Source: Paraphysomonas bandaiensis (taxonomy: Eukaryota; Protista; Chrysophyceae). Taken from it: a stretch of 61,662 nucleotides of DNA. Position numbers and translations under genes: made by a program. Below, in pieces: positions 11,291-25,631 of the stretch. The notes below the pieces were generated by a model. It had not been told where the DNA came from. It saw only the letters and a program-made list of their open reading frames with translations, and did not search any database. The first letter of the stretch is position 1; each line of letters opens with the position of its first letter. The DNA lies in assembly GCA_965644295.1 (NCBI GenBank), contig CBFFRP010000121.1, forward strand, positions 1 to 61,662. Reading direction: 5' to 3'.

Positions 11291-11591
11291 TGTTGAAAAT
11301 TGCTCATTCTTAACTAGATCTCAGAGAGAATTTGTCGTTAGACTAGATAGATTAATTAATATCGTTTACACGAAGTTGTGATAAACAACACAACCTCATT
11401 TTGTTCCACGCATAATCTCCTACATGTGTGAACCTCTCGTTCCTAAACATATCTTGAAAGTTGAAAGATCAAACTCTTTCAGTTTCTCAATATCATCACA
11501 AAATTTGTATATCACTATATTTCACTGTATTCTCGTACATTGTCTTCAAGTGACATACTGAATATACTAGAACAAGACCCATATTCTAATA
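11291..11591 (-). mobile_element. Solo LTR related to the Copia LTR at 23583/37310
   Basis: Diverged full-length copy (+ strand tgttgaaaat...ttctaata) with 5-bp TSD GTATG at 11286-11290 and 11592-11596. Confidence 0.9.
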
Positions 11592-11837
11592 GTATGCTAT
11601 AAGCTACTAACTACTCCTATGTACGTAGTTTATCGGGCTGTGTGCGCTCATTTATTACGCTTTTACAGAAGCAGACTTAATCTTAAGAATATACATTAAT
11701 AATCTACTCTACAAATATTTTTAACAATTTTACTAATGCTTCCGTACGTATAATTGAATTTACACCGAAACATCCCTATGTCACTCCACGCTAGACGATC
11801 CTTATGACCGAACTATTAATTTCAATTCCACTAGACT

Positions 11838-12899
11838 TTACAAATCGTTCCAACCTGATGAACTTTTCATCTTCTTTACAACGAGGTACGTGATCGCAAG
11901 CCCGAGAAAAACTAGAGCATAGAATATAATATCATCCACTATGTCTCTTTCACTGTTGCTAGCCTCAGGGTGCTGCACAGTAGCAGGGGCCGACGAAGAG
12001 GAATTTGAGGAGGCAGCAACAGCATTGTCAGCCGCAGTTGTCGATGTTAAAGTTTCCTCCGCAGACGGAACACTTACATTTTGCTGTCCCTCCTGCTCAG
12101 ATATTGGACTACTGACATCCTTTGTGGAGTCGGAGTTAGCAGTTGTGCTGTTAGTCGTACACACTTTGCTATCCGTCCCACATAGTTCCTGGCTATGTGA
12201 GGTGGAGCCTTCTTCGAGGCCGTGTATGTGTAACTGTTTCAACTGTTCTTGCATGGCATCATCACGCACTTCATCTGTGCTCTCCGGAAGTTCAATCAAT
12301 TTATCCACCGGTCCACACACGGGACAACAATATGAATGGGACTGCCATACAAAACAGTGATATACAATAGAATCTGCGCACTACAATTCTACCTCGGCAG
12401 CAAGCTTCTTGCGCTCAGCAGGGGTCCAGTCTAGTGCTCCAATTGCACCTCCGCCTTCAGATGGGAGAAAACTAATTATAGCCTCCAGCATGGTACGAAC
12501 TACGAAATGTTGAGTAACTCCAAAGTACTACGTACAAACATACCTCCCCATGCCGGCTGCCAATGCTCGGGATGATATGCACTAATGCTTAAACAAATCT
12601 TTGTACCCACTTCGAAACGACCATTTTTCTATACGATATGAGCGTGTGTATTCCCACTAGCAGTGACTTACCGTAAGAAATATAATATTAGGAGGCTTAA
12701 AAGGGTACTCTGGTGATAGAAGAATTCGCCCATGGTAAATGCCACCTTCAAAGTCAGTATCTGGTGGTCCACGTATAGTAAAATGCCACTCGAATATGTT
12801 ATCCTCTAGAGGGGCTGCATGGTAGCGAGGAGATAGGTGAGTAGCTAGTTCCTTTACATCTGCATGAATTCTTTTTACTGCTGTATTTCTTTTATTCAT
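11838..12899 (-). CDS. UBE2J1: Ubiquitin-conjugating enzyme E2 J1/Ubc6-like, tail-anchored, multi-exon
   Basis: PLEDNIFEWHFTIRGP, GIYHGRI, YPFKPP, ICLSISAYHPEHWQPAW, GAIGALD; C-terminal TM helix. Confidence 0.88.
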
Positions 12900-13054
12900 T
12901 GGTTGTAAGTATAATGGTTAGTTTGGTACAAAGGGTTTATAGAGGTGTATGGTACTATGAGCTGTGGGTGCAGTTTAACCTGAAGCTAAAGGAGTTTCTC
13001 CTGTACAGTATGCTCAGAGAAGCAAAGAATATTTCCAGCGGTATACATACACTA

Positions 13055-13102
13055 TACATACATACATACATACATACATACATACATACATACATACGTA
13101 CA

Positions 13103-13134
<32 letters not shown>

Positions 13135-13218
13135 CATGCATATATACACACATACATACCTGTCTGTATACAGGTACATACATACATACATACATACATA
13201 CATACATACATACATACA

Positions 13219-13250
<32 letters not shown>

Positions 13251-13564
13251 CATACATACATACATACATACATACATACATACATACATACATACATACA
13301 TACATACATACATACATACATACATACATACATACATACATACATACATACATACATACATACATACATACATACATACATACATACATACATACATACA
13401 TACATACATACATACATACATACATACATACATACATACATACATACATACATACATACATACATACATACATACATACATACATACATACATACATACA
13501 TACATACATACATACATACATACATACATACATACATACATACATACATACATACATACATACA

Positions 13565-13593
<29 letters not shown>
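13055..13593. repeat. (TACA)n microsatellite, ~540 bp
   Basis: Directly visible tetranucleotide array with few interruptions. Confidence 0.98.
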
Positions 13594-13595
<2 letters not shown>

Positions 13596-13693
13596 GATCT
13601 GGATCAAGATATGCATATGGCATATGGGGCATTCCATGTACAGTGTAGCAATAATGGATCGGTTGAAATATAATCCATCCAAATCATCATTAA

Positions 13694-15438
13694 ATGCCTA
13701 TTCAAAGCAGTTCACGCAAACTACACCAACGCGTCAGTGAAAGTGCTGCTGCAGTGCAGGAGTTATTCACCCTTAACTCTCTGAACCAAAGCTTTAGTAC
13801 CCAGTACAGGAGACGGACTGCAATTGCTTTTGTTCTGTATTTTGTTATCGGAATTGGTTACTACACAGGACGAGAGAAGTTCACTGTACTTGATTCCATA
13901 TATTTCTCTGTAACAACCATATTGACGATCGGGTAAGTTGTTGCATGTTTAGATTAACGTGTAATGGATTACAGATACGGAGATTTGACTCCTCATACTT
14001 CCTATCAGCGAATCTTCACTATTTTTTATATATTTCTAGGAATTCTTATTATCAGTGCAGTAGTTGGTTCCGTGACTGAAGTCTTATATGAAAAGCATCA
14101 AGAGAGCATCGATCAAGGTGTGAAAAGAGCGGCATCAAAGATGAAGTCGTTCGAAGAAAACCCTAACTATCAAAAAGTATTAGAGTTCCTTGACGTTTCA
14201 GACACTGGGAGGTACCACAGCGTACTTGTGCTACAATAGGTTTATTAGTACTTTTTCTCGTTTAGAAATGAATCTTCTTCATTTTCTGAGGGTTGCATCT
14301 CCAGTAGCATCGATTCATTCTCACGAGTACGCAGCAGTATGGATGATGAAGCGACAGCCTTTAGGGGTATAAATGGTTTTTCTACGTTGCCTAGTCAGGG
14401 AGCTTCCGAGAAGAGGATGCTAGCTGCAATGCAGAAACTGAATATGGAGATGTTCGACGAGGAACTCAAGGACATCGAACTTCGTGCTAAACGAGATATT
14501 GTCGTGGTGTTTGGCATCGTCGTATTCGGCTGCGTGGCAATGCTTGGAGTATGTATAATTCGCTATCTTGAAAATATTTTTGACTTCTATCGCACTCATG
14601 TAGATCGAGAGGTGGTATTTCGGAGAAGCTCTCTACTGGGCTGTGACCACCATCACTACTGTAGGGTTTGGCGATGTCGTTCCACAAACCAATTCCGGCA
14701 AGGTGTTTACTATCATTTACTGCATAGCTGGGTGTGCAGTTCTGGCCAGTGGAATTAATGACCTCATCAGATATCCACTTCTTGTAAAATCGAAACAGAA
14801 TGAGCTTCGTGTAATGACACAGTTTGGAGGCGAGTTGTCAGAAGAAACTTTGCGGGGCATTCTTACCAATAATTTTTTCGAGCGCATTCCTGATATTCGT
14901 CAAAAGTCAACATCCATAAACAAGGGGGAGTTCATACTAATGGTTTTGGGTATGATGAACAAGATACATGACAAAGATGTGATTATTGCGTCGAAAGTTT
15001 TTGATATTCTGGATGAAGCAAAGGAAGGTAAGCCTTGGTTCTTGATAGATAAGAAATATGTGTAAAATATGTTCGTAGGCGTGTTATCTGCGGAACACAT
15101 TGTGTCTAAGATAGCCCGCGTACAGGCGATAGAGGAGCAGTGTAAGTTGAAAGAGGAGAAATCAAATTCTTATCGTTTGTCTGAAACTAGCCAAAACCAC
15201 GACAGCAGGTATATTGTGCGAGTGAGAAATAGTATATGGTATAAGTCATCTGTCTTTCAGTAGAAGGGTATGTACGATAGGAAACGAATTATCGAATCCG
15301 CTTATTGATGGGGCTACTACGGATGCTCAATATAGACCGTTGATGCAGGTGGTTGAAGAGGTGTTTTACAATAGTAGAACCATCATACACAAACCAGAAG
15401 AACTGGAGACCGCTGCTTGTGGTGAGCATAATGTTTAA
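13694..15438 (+). CDS. Two-pore-domain potassium channel (TPK/K2P-like), multi-exon; 3' end approximate
   Basis: Two pore loops (TILTIG|YGD across an intron, TITTVGFGD) and a C-terminal EF-hand-like region (INKGEF, FDILD). Confidence 0.85.
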
Positions 15439-15949
15439 TTGCGAGAGATTAAATCGTATTCATTATACTGAACGTTAGTAATCTACAATTATTGTTACAT
15501 TTTGAAAATGTCAGTGGTGTATATACATTTTGTCTTTACTGATATTATCACTGGCTGGCTTTAAATAAAAAATAATAACAATAATAATAGCGAAATAATG
15601 TAGAAAGGTCACAACGCTAAGAGTATTTTCAAAAAGTAATTTGTGATTTTAAGATTATGAAGAATGTTTTTTGGTGTCATTACTTATGATCCAGAACACT
15701 ATAGTTGTAGTTGTTGGACGCGTCACGAATATATTAATATTATTAATAATACTACAGTAGTAAATTTAGAAATTCTAATACTCATTTTTGATATCAATCA
15801 TTTAACGTAAAAATGGCTGAATTACCTAGTCATACCAAATCAAAGGAACAAATCATCCAACCCAGTCGATTTAAGATATAAACCTAGACGTAAATTAGTT
15901 CTGTTTCATATATGGCTGTTGAGTTTAGTAGTTTGGTGCGATATAAAAA

Positions 15950-16240
15950 TTATGTACAATAGGTTAAATCAACGCATAGGCGTATCGGTTAAATACAGTT
16001 ACAAAGGAGGTAAACTCAGTTACTGATGTGTGACTATGTAAGATATACGTAGTGACTGATGAATATATGCTAAACAAATGCTGCTGTAAACAGATGTTCA
16101 CAAGATGTTACATGAATATGTAGTGAAGTGTTAAGATTAATATAATTATAATTTCTAATTTGAATGTGCATTGTGTTCAACAAAGCAAGGTTAAGGTTTA
16201 AGTGTAGAGCAAAGTTAACTTAAGTGAAATGTTCAATTGT
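15950..16240 (-). repeat. Dispersed repeat family B copy
   Basis: Reverse-complement similarity to 4855-5145. Confidence 0.7.
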
Positions 16241-17448
16241 AACAATGGTTAAACACTTGTTAAGTACTTGCTTGACACCATACAAAATAGTAGTGGCTTA
16301 TCGAAACATTCCATCACAGCAGTGATTTTATAATATATACTTTTTATTATACATATATATAGCATATAAGTATATAACAATTATTTCTACAGTCATAATT
16401 CTAACGAAGGGTAATAAGTTGATAGAAAGCTATAAAACTAAGATATTGTGGTGTTCGACATCCTAGAGATGAAGGGGAAGGGGACATTGCCTGCACTCAT
16501 TTATTGGCTGGCATACTATACTACCATTTTAGAGAGAAAAGTATACATTGCATATTTGACTAGGTGAATACTAAAGCAATGACATGATTTTCATCCACTT
16601 GATTAGTTTTTACACTCAAATTGATGTGACCAGGTAATTCAACTTATTTGACTAAACCGAATAGTGTATCCGGGATATATTATTCAGCCTAGTCGTATTG
16701 GCTGATACGATATTCCACAAGGTAGACTTTACAGTTTTTATTAAAGCAACATTACATCATAAAACTATTCAAGTTCATGACACTTTAAAATAGTGATTTC
16801 TGTTGACGTCACACGTTCTTGGTACTATTAACATATATATGATGAATCGTCTCTTCAGCTCAGTACTGAAGATAAGCTGTAAGTAGTTGCCATGTATGAG
16901 ATCCCCGTGCATAATATGTATGATTTGTACGTTATGAAATATACATGGACTGGATCATATATTTCCACCTATGTAATCAGTGCTGTATGCAATTAGTCAG
17001 CAGGTCTGTAGATGTCACATATCATTATGCGATCCAGTCGTTAAGGAAAAGATTCAATCATCTATTGGAAGCTATGGCATACTAGTTTCCCGTGGAATGA
17101 TATACTCAATTGATGGAGTAGTATGTAATTGCAGTCTCTTCCTGCTGTTAGTATCATATGAGGAGATATGCTGACTCTGGAAGCGATTCATTACGTATCA
17201 AACTCCTTCATTTCTCCATGATTGGTCGATATGTATTTATAACCAATCAAATATATATAATACATAATAAATAGATATTATTGGTTGGATTTGATGGATA
17301 GAAAACACTGTAGTATATATACTGATGTGTGCTAGCTGCATGCCTGCATATCAATCGCTCATAACAACGACAGACTTAATTTGCTGGATGTTGCAATATA
17401 TTATGATTAACTCTTTTATTATCTGAATGTATTGGTACGAAGTTAACC

Positions 17449-18369
17449 ATGAGTGAAAAAGATGAAGAATATGATGAGACAGGTGCACTTGGCGGAGTTC
17501 TGCGTAGTACACTACGGCGACTTGGATACTTGACGAAAATAGAAGCTATGGGTAGATTGCCGAAAAGGATCCCAACGAAAGTTGTGGCGAGATCAGCAGA
17601 TAGGCTGGGTCAACTCAGTGATATCGGACAGCACTTTACAAACGCCTACGACACAGTCCAGCCAACGATATCGAAATCGCGACAACCGTGGCACGTTTAT
17701 ATGAAAATGTCTCTTTTAGCGTTTCATGGATTCGTCAAGTCGGCTGTATTAGGGGGTGTCTTATTTTGTACATATGATGGCATTGTGGATTGTTCAGAAA
17801 GCGTAGATAATCCCTTTTCCATGAATTGTGACATTTTACAGCCCAGCATGCTGTGTGGATGTGCTGGTATGGCTAGTGGAGTAGCACATGGAACTCTTCA
17901 TTCCTTATGGGATTTTTCCGCGCATCGTCCTTTGTTTTGGGTGAGGGGTACACCGTATTCTCCTGTGCCGCTGTCTTCTGTTGCCGTGATTGGCACTGCT
18001 AGTTCCCATGGCCTTGTGCATGCATTCCTTTTTGGTAGCTACGAGCTTACAAAGAGAGCCAGTCTCTATGGTATTGGGCTGACTCATGTAGGTGAGGATA
18101 TTAGTCGTGTAGAGGGCGCCGGTTGTGTATTAGTTGCAGGTGCAGCGGCTGGATACATATCTGAGGCGGTAGGATCCATTACATCTCCACTGGAGACAAA
18201 TGGGTTGAGGCAAGGGTTTAAAGAATCTAAAGATCTCTTGATAGAATTGTTCACAACTGTTAAATTTCCATCCGGCCGTTATTTTATGTTTAATATTTGT
18301 CCAACTATTTTGGGTTTCGTAGCTTATGAATATGCTAAAAATGTTCCCGGCCTTCACAGAGATGAATAG
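17449..18369 (+). CDS. Uncharacterised membrane protein, weak mitochondrial-carrier-like repeats
   Basis: Intronless 306-aa ORF with three similar helix ends (VLFCTYD, FLFGSYELTKR, LGFVAYEYAK) and Gly/Ala-rich helices; canonical PxD/ExxK/R signatures largely absent. Confidence 0.6.
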   Translation: MSEKDEEYDETGALGGVLRSTLRRLGYLTKIEAMGRLPKRIPTKVVARSADRLGQLSDIGQHFTNAYDTVQPTISKSRQPWHVYMKMSLLAFHGFVKSAVLGGVLFCTYDGIVDCSESVDNPFSMNCDILQPSMLCGCAGMASGVAHGTLHSLWDFSAHRPLFWVRGTPYSPVPLSSVAVIGTASSHGLVHAFLFGSYELTKRASLYGIGLTHVGEDISRVEGAGCVLVAGAAAGYISEAVGSITSPLETNGLRQGFKESKDLLIELFTTVKFPSGRYFMFNICPTILGFVAYEYAKNVPGLHRDE

Positions 18370-19849
18370 AGTATTGTTTTTGGAATGCATTTAAATGTAT
18401 ATATTCGCGACAACCCTTACTATTACCTTAACAGTAAAGATATTTGTTATTTTTCCGAAAAATTTTAATGCGTGATAATTACGTAATATTTAGTACAAGC
18501 AGCAATACTGTGTGATGTATTTGCATAAGTTCATATTGTACTTTGCCAAATTGAGGTTTCATCAACAGTACTACTTCCTGCAATATCATTCTCTTACAAC
18601 CAGTAGGTTCTAGTGTCGATATTCCCAAGATAAATTAATTGTAATGACTAATGCTAACAATATCCGATCAATAACTAGCTGACCGGAAACCAAAAACCTA
18701 GTAAAGTGTCATGCCAAATAGCATGTGGCTTCAAATTAATTTCACTATAGTTTTCCAATATTATTTATAGCCAAACCATTTTAAACAAGGATCATATTCG
18801 TACTACTATTCCATATAGAACTTGTAATGCTCGAAAGCCCGTAGTCGAGTCGTAGGGTGTGTTATGTGTTAAATTTTCAGAAAAGCCTGACTATGATAAT
18901 TCGTAGCATATATTGTCAAAGAATAGTACTTGGGGGGAATTACTAAACATGTGCTAATAGCACTGCTTCTTCTCTGGTCCCATTAATGACATCCCAATTG
19001 AAGCTTCTGATAAAACTGAAACTGTCATATGGGCATCTGCTGTCTGTTATTTCAACTTATCAAAGACGGTGAGATTTTTGACCCCAATCAGTAATGTGAA
19101 CTATTTTGAATAACTTATAGCAGAAATTATACGTACAGTGTTTCTATTGCCCTGTAAAGTGTGTGAGGATTTCGACGATGAAACGATGTTAAAGTGAAAA
19201 TGATGCACGATTTAAATCATACGAGACCGAATAAACAACGAATACCGTTTGTAGACTTAATTCTTTACAGTAGTAGAGAAATTGGAGCAATGAGTTCGTA
19301 AACAACTCCAATTAAGTGACTTCAGAACTTGCAAGAATCTTCAGGCACATTCATTGCATGCATATATATGCATATACAGCGGTATACCGTACATATATAA
19401 TATAGAGAGGGGTGAAGCCTATCTTTACCTCCACTGTATATACTCTTATACGGACTGTATACTGACGTATACATATAGAGGAATATACATACGGCTGTAT
19501 TTGACTGTATTATATCTATGTATATACTCTGTATAGGATTTCTTGGGAACGTACTGCACAATACACATACACACACATATATATATATATATATGTATGT
19601 ATGTATGTATGGTATAGTAGAGCAAACGAACAAGAGTAAGTGAGATCATAATAATTGTCAAGTCAATCCTATTCGGATGATAATGGCATCATGATTAGGA
19701 GTTAATTACACCGCAGGTGTTTGGAATAGATAGCAGTGATAATCTTTCAATCCATACACAAGAATACGCATATCATCCCATATATATATATATATATATA
19801 TATACAGATAGAAGAAAGCGACTGTCTCTTACGACTACACAGAAAGTGA

Positions 19850-21692
19850 ATGACTGATAAAACTTCTAAGCAAACTCAACGTGAACCGGATACATGGATC
19901 CTTGGGTGTCGATACACAGGTGCTATACATCTCCTATTGCTTATAGGGGCCTCTCTTATGTATCATCTTCTTATTACAGATAAACAAAAAACTGAAATCC
20001 AGAACCACTCGCAATCTCTCTTCCGTTTCACATACAGATGCTCTTTTCCACCATTGTCTCCTTATCATTACAGCGATGATTCTGGTTGGGGATGCATGCT
20101 TCGGAGCGCACAAATGCTGATGGGGCAAGCGCTTAGACATCACTTACTTGGAAGAGGTAGTTTGTTGTATCAAGTTAGCTTTACTAACGTTTGTGGTATT
20201 TAGATTGGCGACTGCCTGAATCTCAGGAAAACAGGCGAAGCAACAGCAGTTACTGCGATGTATGGTACACTTTGAACTTTCGTGGCGTGAGCTGATTTTG
20301 TCTGTCTTGCAGATTGTTCGTTGGATGACCGACTATCCTGGTCCTGCATGTATCTACTCTATCCACCATCTGGTACAGTGTGGCATGCTGTATGACAAGC
20401 TTCCTGGTGAGTGGTACGGACCGTCCACTGCCGCTCTCGTGCTGAGGTCAGATGTGTCATCTGGTGGTGTGTTGGTAACTCATTTCCTTAAATAGAGATC
20501 TCGCTCGTTTGCATCGACGAAAATACCGCGGCCCTCTTGAGATCTATGTGACCAATGGAGACACGATATACATCACAGATGTTGAGAAGACCTTCCAGAG
20601 CCAGTCCGTCTGTGCCTTTGTGGAGGACGAAGGGACTGGTCGACGTGGGAGGGAAAGCCAAAAGCAAAGACAAGTTGGGCTACGCCGGGGTAATGTGGAG
20701 AGCTCTGAAAAAGAGCATGACCGCTCTGATGAAGGGCGCCCACAGACCGTCACTCTTCCCCCTTTTGGTGCAGGGATGCGTCATTCCGATTCCGACGATT
20801 TGACACCCACTGCTGGAGAAAGGTACCGCCTTGATTTGAATGAAAAACCACTGGAGAAAACCATCGAAAAAGAAACTACTGTGCGTGCACATGATCCCTT
20901 TCATGACCCTCTCCTAAACCCTCCACCTATGGAACAGCGGGAAGAATGGCCTGCAGCGCTATTAGTAATTGTACCACTGCGTCTTGGTCTAGATAGGGTC
21001 AATCCCGAGTACATAGAGGTGCGTGCAATCATGAGCACGGTAAACTGATCACGCCATGATCGCAGGAGATAAAATGTGTGCTGAGGAATGAACACACAGT
21101 GGGTATCATAGGAGGGCGACCCAACCACGCAATATACTTCGCAGGATACAGGGGAGACTACCTGCTGGGCCTTGATCCACACACCACATATTCTAACCCT
21201 TCTCTTCGTGACCCTTTCCCTTCTGATGATCACATGGCACAGGTGCGTACTGCACGTATGTATATGTCGTACGAGTCATGTTACTATTGTGCAAATAATA
21301 AGGTCGCATAATACCCATATGCGCAAGGTCCTTAGCAACGCATGTATAATATGTTTCGTAGATGCATCAATCTAGTCTACAAGAGATGAGCTTCAATCAA
21401 CTAGACCCGTCCCTTGCAATCGCCTTCTATTTCCGGAACAGGACGGCCTTCAACTCCTTCTGTGAAGACACACGTGCTGCAAACGAAAGTAAAAGTTTGA
21501 GTGGAGTTTCACCCATATTCTCGGTGCAGTATGCTCCTGCCGACATGGAATATTTAGGTATCTATAGATTCAATATTTTCTTCAATTATCGCGGATATAA
21601 TTGTACACTTTTCCTTAGGGGGGGATATGTGGGCCGGTGGCAGCGACAACGAAGGCAATAGCGATATTGAAGACGAATATGTGTTTGTGTAG
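19850..21692 (+). CDS. ATG4: Autophagy cysteine protease ATG4 (peptidase C54), multi-exon
   Basis: FTYR, DSGWGCMLRSAQM (catalytic Cys), PGEWYGP, VPLRLG, GIIGGRPNHA, LDPH, LDPS; C-terminal acidic LIR-like EDEYVFV. Confidence 0.93.
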
Positions 21693-22600
21693 TTACGAAC
21701 GAACTTTAGATATTTAACTATATATTTTGAAATGTTACAAACAGAAAGACAAATGACACGTAAATTTGTATTATATGAAATAGTCGAACGGAAAGTAATA
21801 AGGGATGTATGTGTTTGCTACTTTTTCTATACAAGAGAAACATGGGCATGCTGCTTATCAAGAAAGGCATATATTGATTCTAACGGGCTTCTTGTTTGAC
21901 ATAATATGTGGTGTGTGGCGATAAGAATCAAATACAGATAGATAAAAGTACAGTATACACGGCCAGAGAACTGGACAAGCGTGAGAGTGCGTTGGAAGAG
22001 CCACCAAAGGAGTGAGTGATTAAAAGCTGTGTTTCATAGGTATTTGACTTATATCCGTTACTTGAAGAACACAGCAGTGATTAACACAACTACATGAACT
22101 AGCAATATGATAGATACAATAGTAGTGTATAGTGTAACTGAAATCGTGCCTATCTCAGATGTTATGATAATATAGAACATTGATATAGGCGTTTAAGAAT
22201 CAAAACTAATGTAACAAAGCAATTTAACTGTGTACATACATACGTACTATTTTGTCCGAGGTACTACTGATATTAAACTAAAGTATGAAGAGTAATATTC
22301 AAAGTCAACTCTAGTTGTATTTATAATTTGTTCAAGTACACGGCAGTATATTTTGTATTTAAAATTTAAATATGAATAATGACTGTTACTTGAAAAATAC
22401 AATAGTTGAAAATAGTATAACATGAAATAATGAAATCATATAACTCAGGTAAGTAAAGCAGAAATATTATACTGAAAGTATAAAATTGGAGAGTCTTGAG
22501 TATTGGTTGATAGTAGTGCTTAGTGATGATATAGATTTATCTTTGTATTAAAAAGGGGTGTGTTGTTGATCTGATTTGAGTTCAACAGAACCCTGATATA

Positions 22601-23109
22601 ATCAGGGAACCCCTATTTCCATTAACATGGTTAAGTTTAACTATAGTGAGTGATCGGAGATGTTGATCACAATTCTAACAAATTGCTTATTGAGTGTGTC
22701 AACAGTTCAATATTCATATATTTAAGATACACAATGTCAATAATAAAAGTATCAGATAATGGGAATGTATTGTTAGCACTTATCATCAATAGTACGCAAT
22801 ATATCAAATTAAGAAATTAAGAATTTAAGCAGATAGTAGTATTCAAATTATTGCAGAGTTATGGGAAATTTTCTCAATGCCACAATTCTATTGACATATA
22901 GTTATATTCAACCACGGGTAATAAGACGACTAATTTGAAATTTTAGAACCAGGACGAAAAGCCTCAGTTTTCAAATTAGGACAAGGACCGATACTACTGA
23001 TCTCTACGCTAAGTTGTTGGTTATCCACATAATGTTAAAAACTTAATATTCTAGAATGAGTAGCTTTTTGTAGCTTGCTTGCTGTCAGTGGAAGTAGGTG
23101 TTCCCTGAT
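22601..23109. mobile_element. Non-autonomous TIR element (MITE, Tc1/mariner-like)
   Basis: Imperfect ~27-bp TIRs (ATCAGGGAACCCCTATTTCCATTAACA / ATCAGGGAACACCTACTTCCACTGACA) flanked by TA at 22599-22600 and 23110-23111. Confidence 0.75.
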
Positions 23110-23173
23110 TAACGTTAAGAAACCTCATATCATTTCAAATCAATTGTATATATTATTATATATACTATTCGAT

Positions 23174-23582
23174 TAGGGTTAGGGTTAACTACTAACTAGT
23201 GCTTAGAGTGCTTAGCTCTGATCACCTAATATTTAGCCCTACGAAAGCTGCTTGAGCGTCACCGCAGACACCAAGGTGCAACCACTTTCGCTATCTATCT
23301 TGAAGTCTTTAACATGAACTAACCCGGATGCTTGACTTCAGGAGGTAGCTCGATACCCCGGATGCCTTTGAGGTGGGCCCATTCCCCATTCCCGTATGCA
23401 GTATGCCTGTTTATTCGTCGTGGACCAAAGACACCTACGCAAGCGACACTTATAGTAGCGCCCCTTGTCCCTTGTACAACACAAGCATTTGGCTATAAGT
23501 GGACAGAACAATATTCTGCTGACTATATACTATGCGGCTCACGTTAGTTTCCCAGAAAAATATATCCGGTACTTATGCCCCA
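23174..23582 (+). repeat. Dispersed repeat family A, interrupted by the Copia element (resumes 37604-37640)
   Basis: Begins TAGGGTTAGGGTT; matches 44790-45130 (reverse complement) and 55478-55711; the uninterrupted junction is seen at 2631-2680. Confidence 0.8.
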
Positions 23583-23876
23583 TGTTGAGAAACGCTCATT
23601 TTACACTAGATCACAGAGAGAATTTGTCGTAAGACTAGATAGATTTATTAGTATCGTTTACACGAAGTTGTGATAACCAACACTAACTCATTATAATCCC
23701 TGCATAATATCCTACATATGCGAACCTCTCGTTACTGAACATATCTTGAACGATCAAACTATTTCAGTTTCTCAATATCATCACAGCATTTGTACATCAC
23801 TATATTTCACTGTATTCTCGTACATTGTCTTGAAGTGACATACTGAATATACTAGAATAAGATCCATATTCTAATA
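23583..23876 (-). repeat. Copia 3' LTR
   Basis: Direct repeat of 37310-37603; preceded on the minus strand by PPT GAGTGGGAG (23877-23885). Confidence 0.96.
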
Positions 23877-24055
23877 CTCCCACTCAATGTAGAATGCAGT
23901 GAGATAAAACAGCAGTGATCACAATAATCTGATAATGCTATGACTATCTAGTCCCATAGGTAAAAACAGATGTGAAATCTTTTAAAGATACATATATATC
24001 TAGCAGTCAACTAGATATACAGTTATGTGGGATTTTCACCCACTAAAACACACCT

Positions 24056-24624
24056 TTAACCTCTTCGGGGTCGTTTCTTCTGCTGCTCCTCCACACTGTT
24101 AGACACACTCCTCTTAACCCCGGTAATCGTTTTCTCATGACGGCTGAAGATCTTCGTGGACAACGCCTTTGTAAAAATATCGGCCGCCATATCATCCGTA
24201 GATACATGAATCAACTTTGCTGTAGGAAATTTTCCATTAACATGTTCTCTTATCCAGTGATACTTGATGTCAATATGCTTCGACCTCTTATGGTACACTG
24301 GATTCTCTGAAAGATCCTTTGCACTCTTACTATCCATAAAGAATGGAGTCGGCTTTGCTACCAAGAGTCCGAGCTCCTTGAACACCCCCCGAAGCCACAC
24401 CAGTTCTTGCAAAGCCGCATACTCCGCCATATACTCAGATTCCATGCTCGAAATCGCAACTGTGGTCTGAAGCTTGGACTGCCAGGCCAAAGCGCCCGCA
24501 CATAAAAGCACGATGTATCCCGTTGTGGACCGCCTAGTCATCCTATCACCAGCCCAGTCTGAATCACTGAATACATGTAAATCAAACTCACTCCCACTGA
24601 ATCTGATTCCCTTATCAACTGTAC
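24056..24624 (-). CDS. Copia pol C-terminal part (RNase H)
   Basis: FSDSDWAGD, RSTTGY, SSMESEY, DSKSA, RSKHIDIKYH, ADIFTKAL; rejoins the upstream ORF in frame (YLRGTVDKG) when the Gypsy and one TSD are removed. Confidence 0.95.
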
Positions 24625-25631
24625 TATAACAACACCCGGTTTGATAACCAGGGTGTTGGCTCGTAAACAATAAAACTACAACAACACCTACACTGAACCA
24701 ACAAGCACAGTAATAACGGTATTATTATTAAAACACTTTTTTCCAAGTTTAGACCTAAACTCAGTTAGTGACTCCCGCGAAGAGTCACCGCGCAATGGTA
24801 TACCGCTGGTACCCAAGATCACTAGCACCAAGCTTTGGTCTAACTTAAAACAAGTGATAAACACCATAGAAGCACATATGCACACACACACACTCCTAAC
24901 ATGGTGCAACACACGTGGTGTCATCACACCACCACAGGTTGCGCAACTCTTCAATCAAAACTGAAAAATACACAGCAACCTGACAGGGAGTGACTCACCA
25001 GCATATGCCTAGAGTACACCGTATACTACGTATCTATACCCTACCAGAGACTGAAAACCCCATAATCCAGGAAATACATAAATACGGTACGTATAGTACG
25101 TATAGTACGCACACCACATTTGCAATCGAACCCCAATAAGCCTTGCATGAACACTCGTGCACCTCAAGTGTATAATAGCGACTTCTCTCCTTTGATGGTC
25201 ACATGTACTTGCCCCCCTATAGGGTAGTACGGGTAATACATGTATGTATTTATATGGAAGTATGTACTGCAACTGCTATACAGGAATACGGGCCCACATA
25301 ACTTTGATATAAATTTGCAGCAGGTTTCACATCAACCGAAGTCACCAGCAGCAGATCATAGTCGTACATCATCATCAGCAGATAAAAATTGGACATCATA
25401 CCCGAACGTTGGCTCAATATGTAGGTACACTGTGGTACATTACCAATGTCCAAATGGTGTTGCATAATATGTATCCTGAACACAATGAAGGTCCTAAAGC
25501 AATATATAGGGTCCTGATATAGGGTCCTAAACCAACATAGGGTCCTAAAAGTCAATGTAACCATGCATGTGACTCAATAGCGTGTTACTATAGCCACGTA
25601 GATAGGGCATGGGAAATGCCACGTGGTCACA
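24625..25631 (-). repeat. Gypsy 3' LTR
   Basis: Direct repeat of 32127-33133. Confidence 0.95.

Noticed and set aside
12899-13682. Four long ORFs (YIHT/MYVC repeats)
   Set aside because: Translations of the (TACA)n microsatellite.
17220-17310. Clustered CCAAT/ATTGG boxes (similar at 47355-47425)
   Set aside because: Plausible promoter elements, but too short to support without TSS data.
23174-23186. TTAGGG repeats as a telomere
   Set aside because: Only two units, internal, part of repeat family A.
24688-25564. Small ORFs duplicated at 32190-33066
   Set aside because: They lie within the two Gypsy LTRs, so the duplication is explained by the LTRs; no protein motifs.
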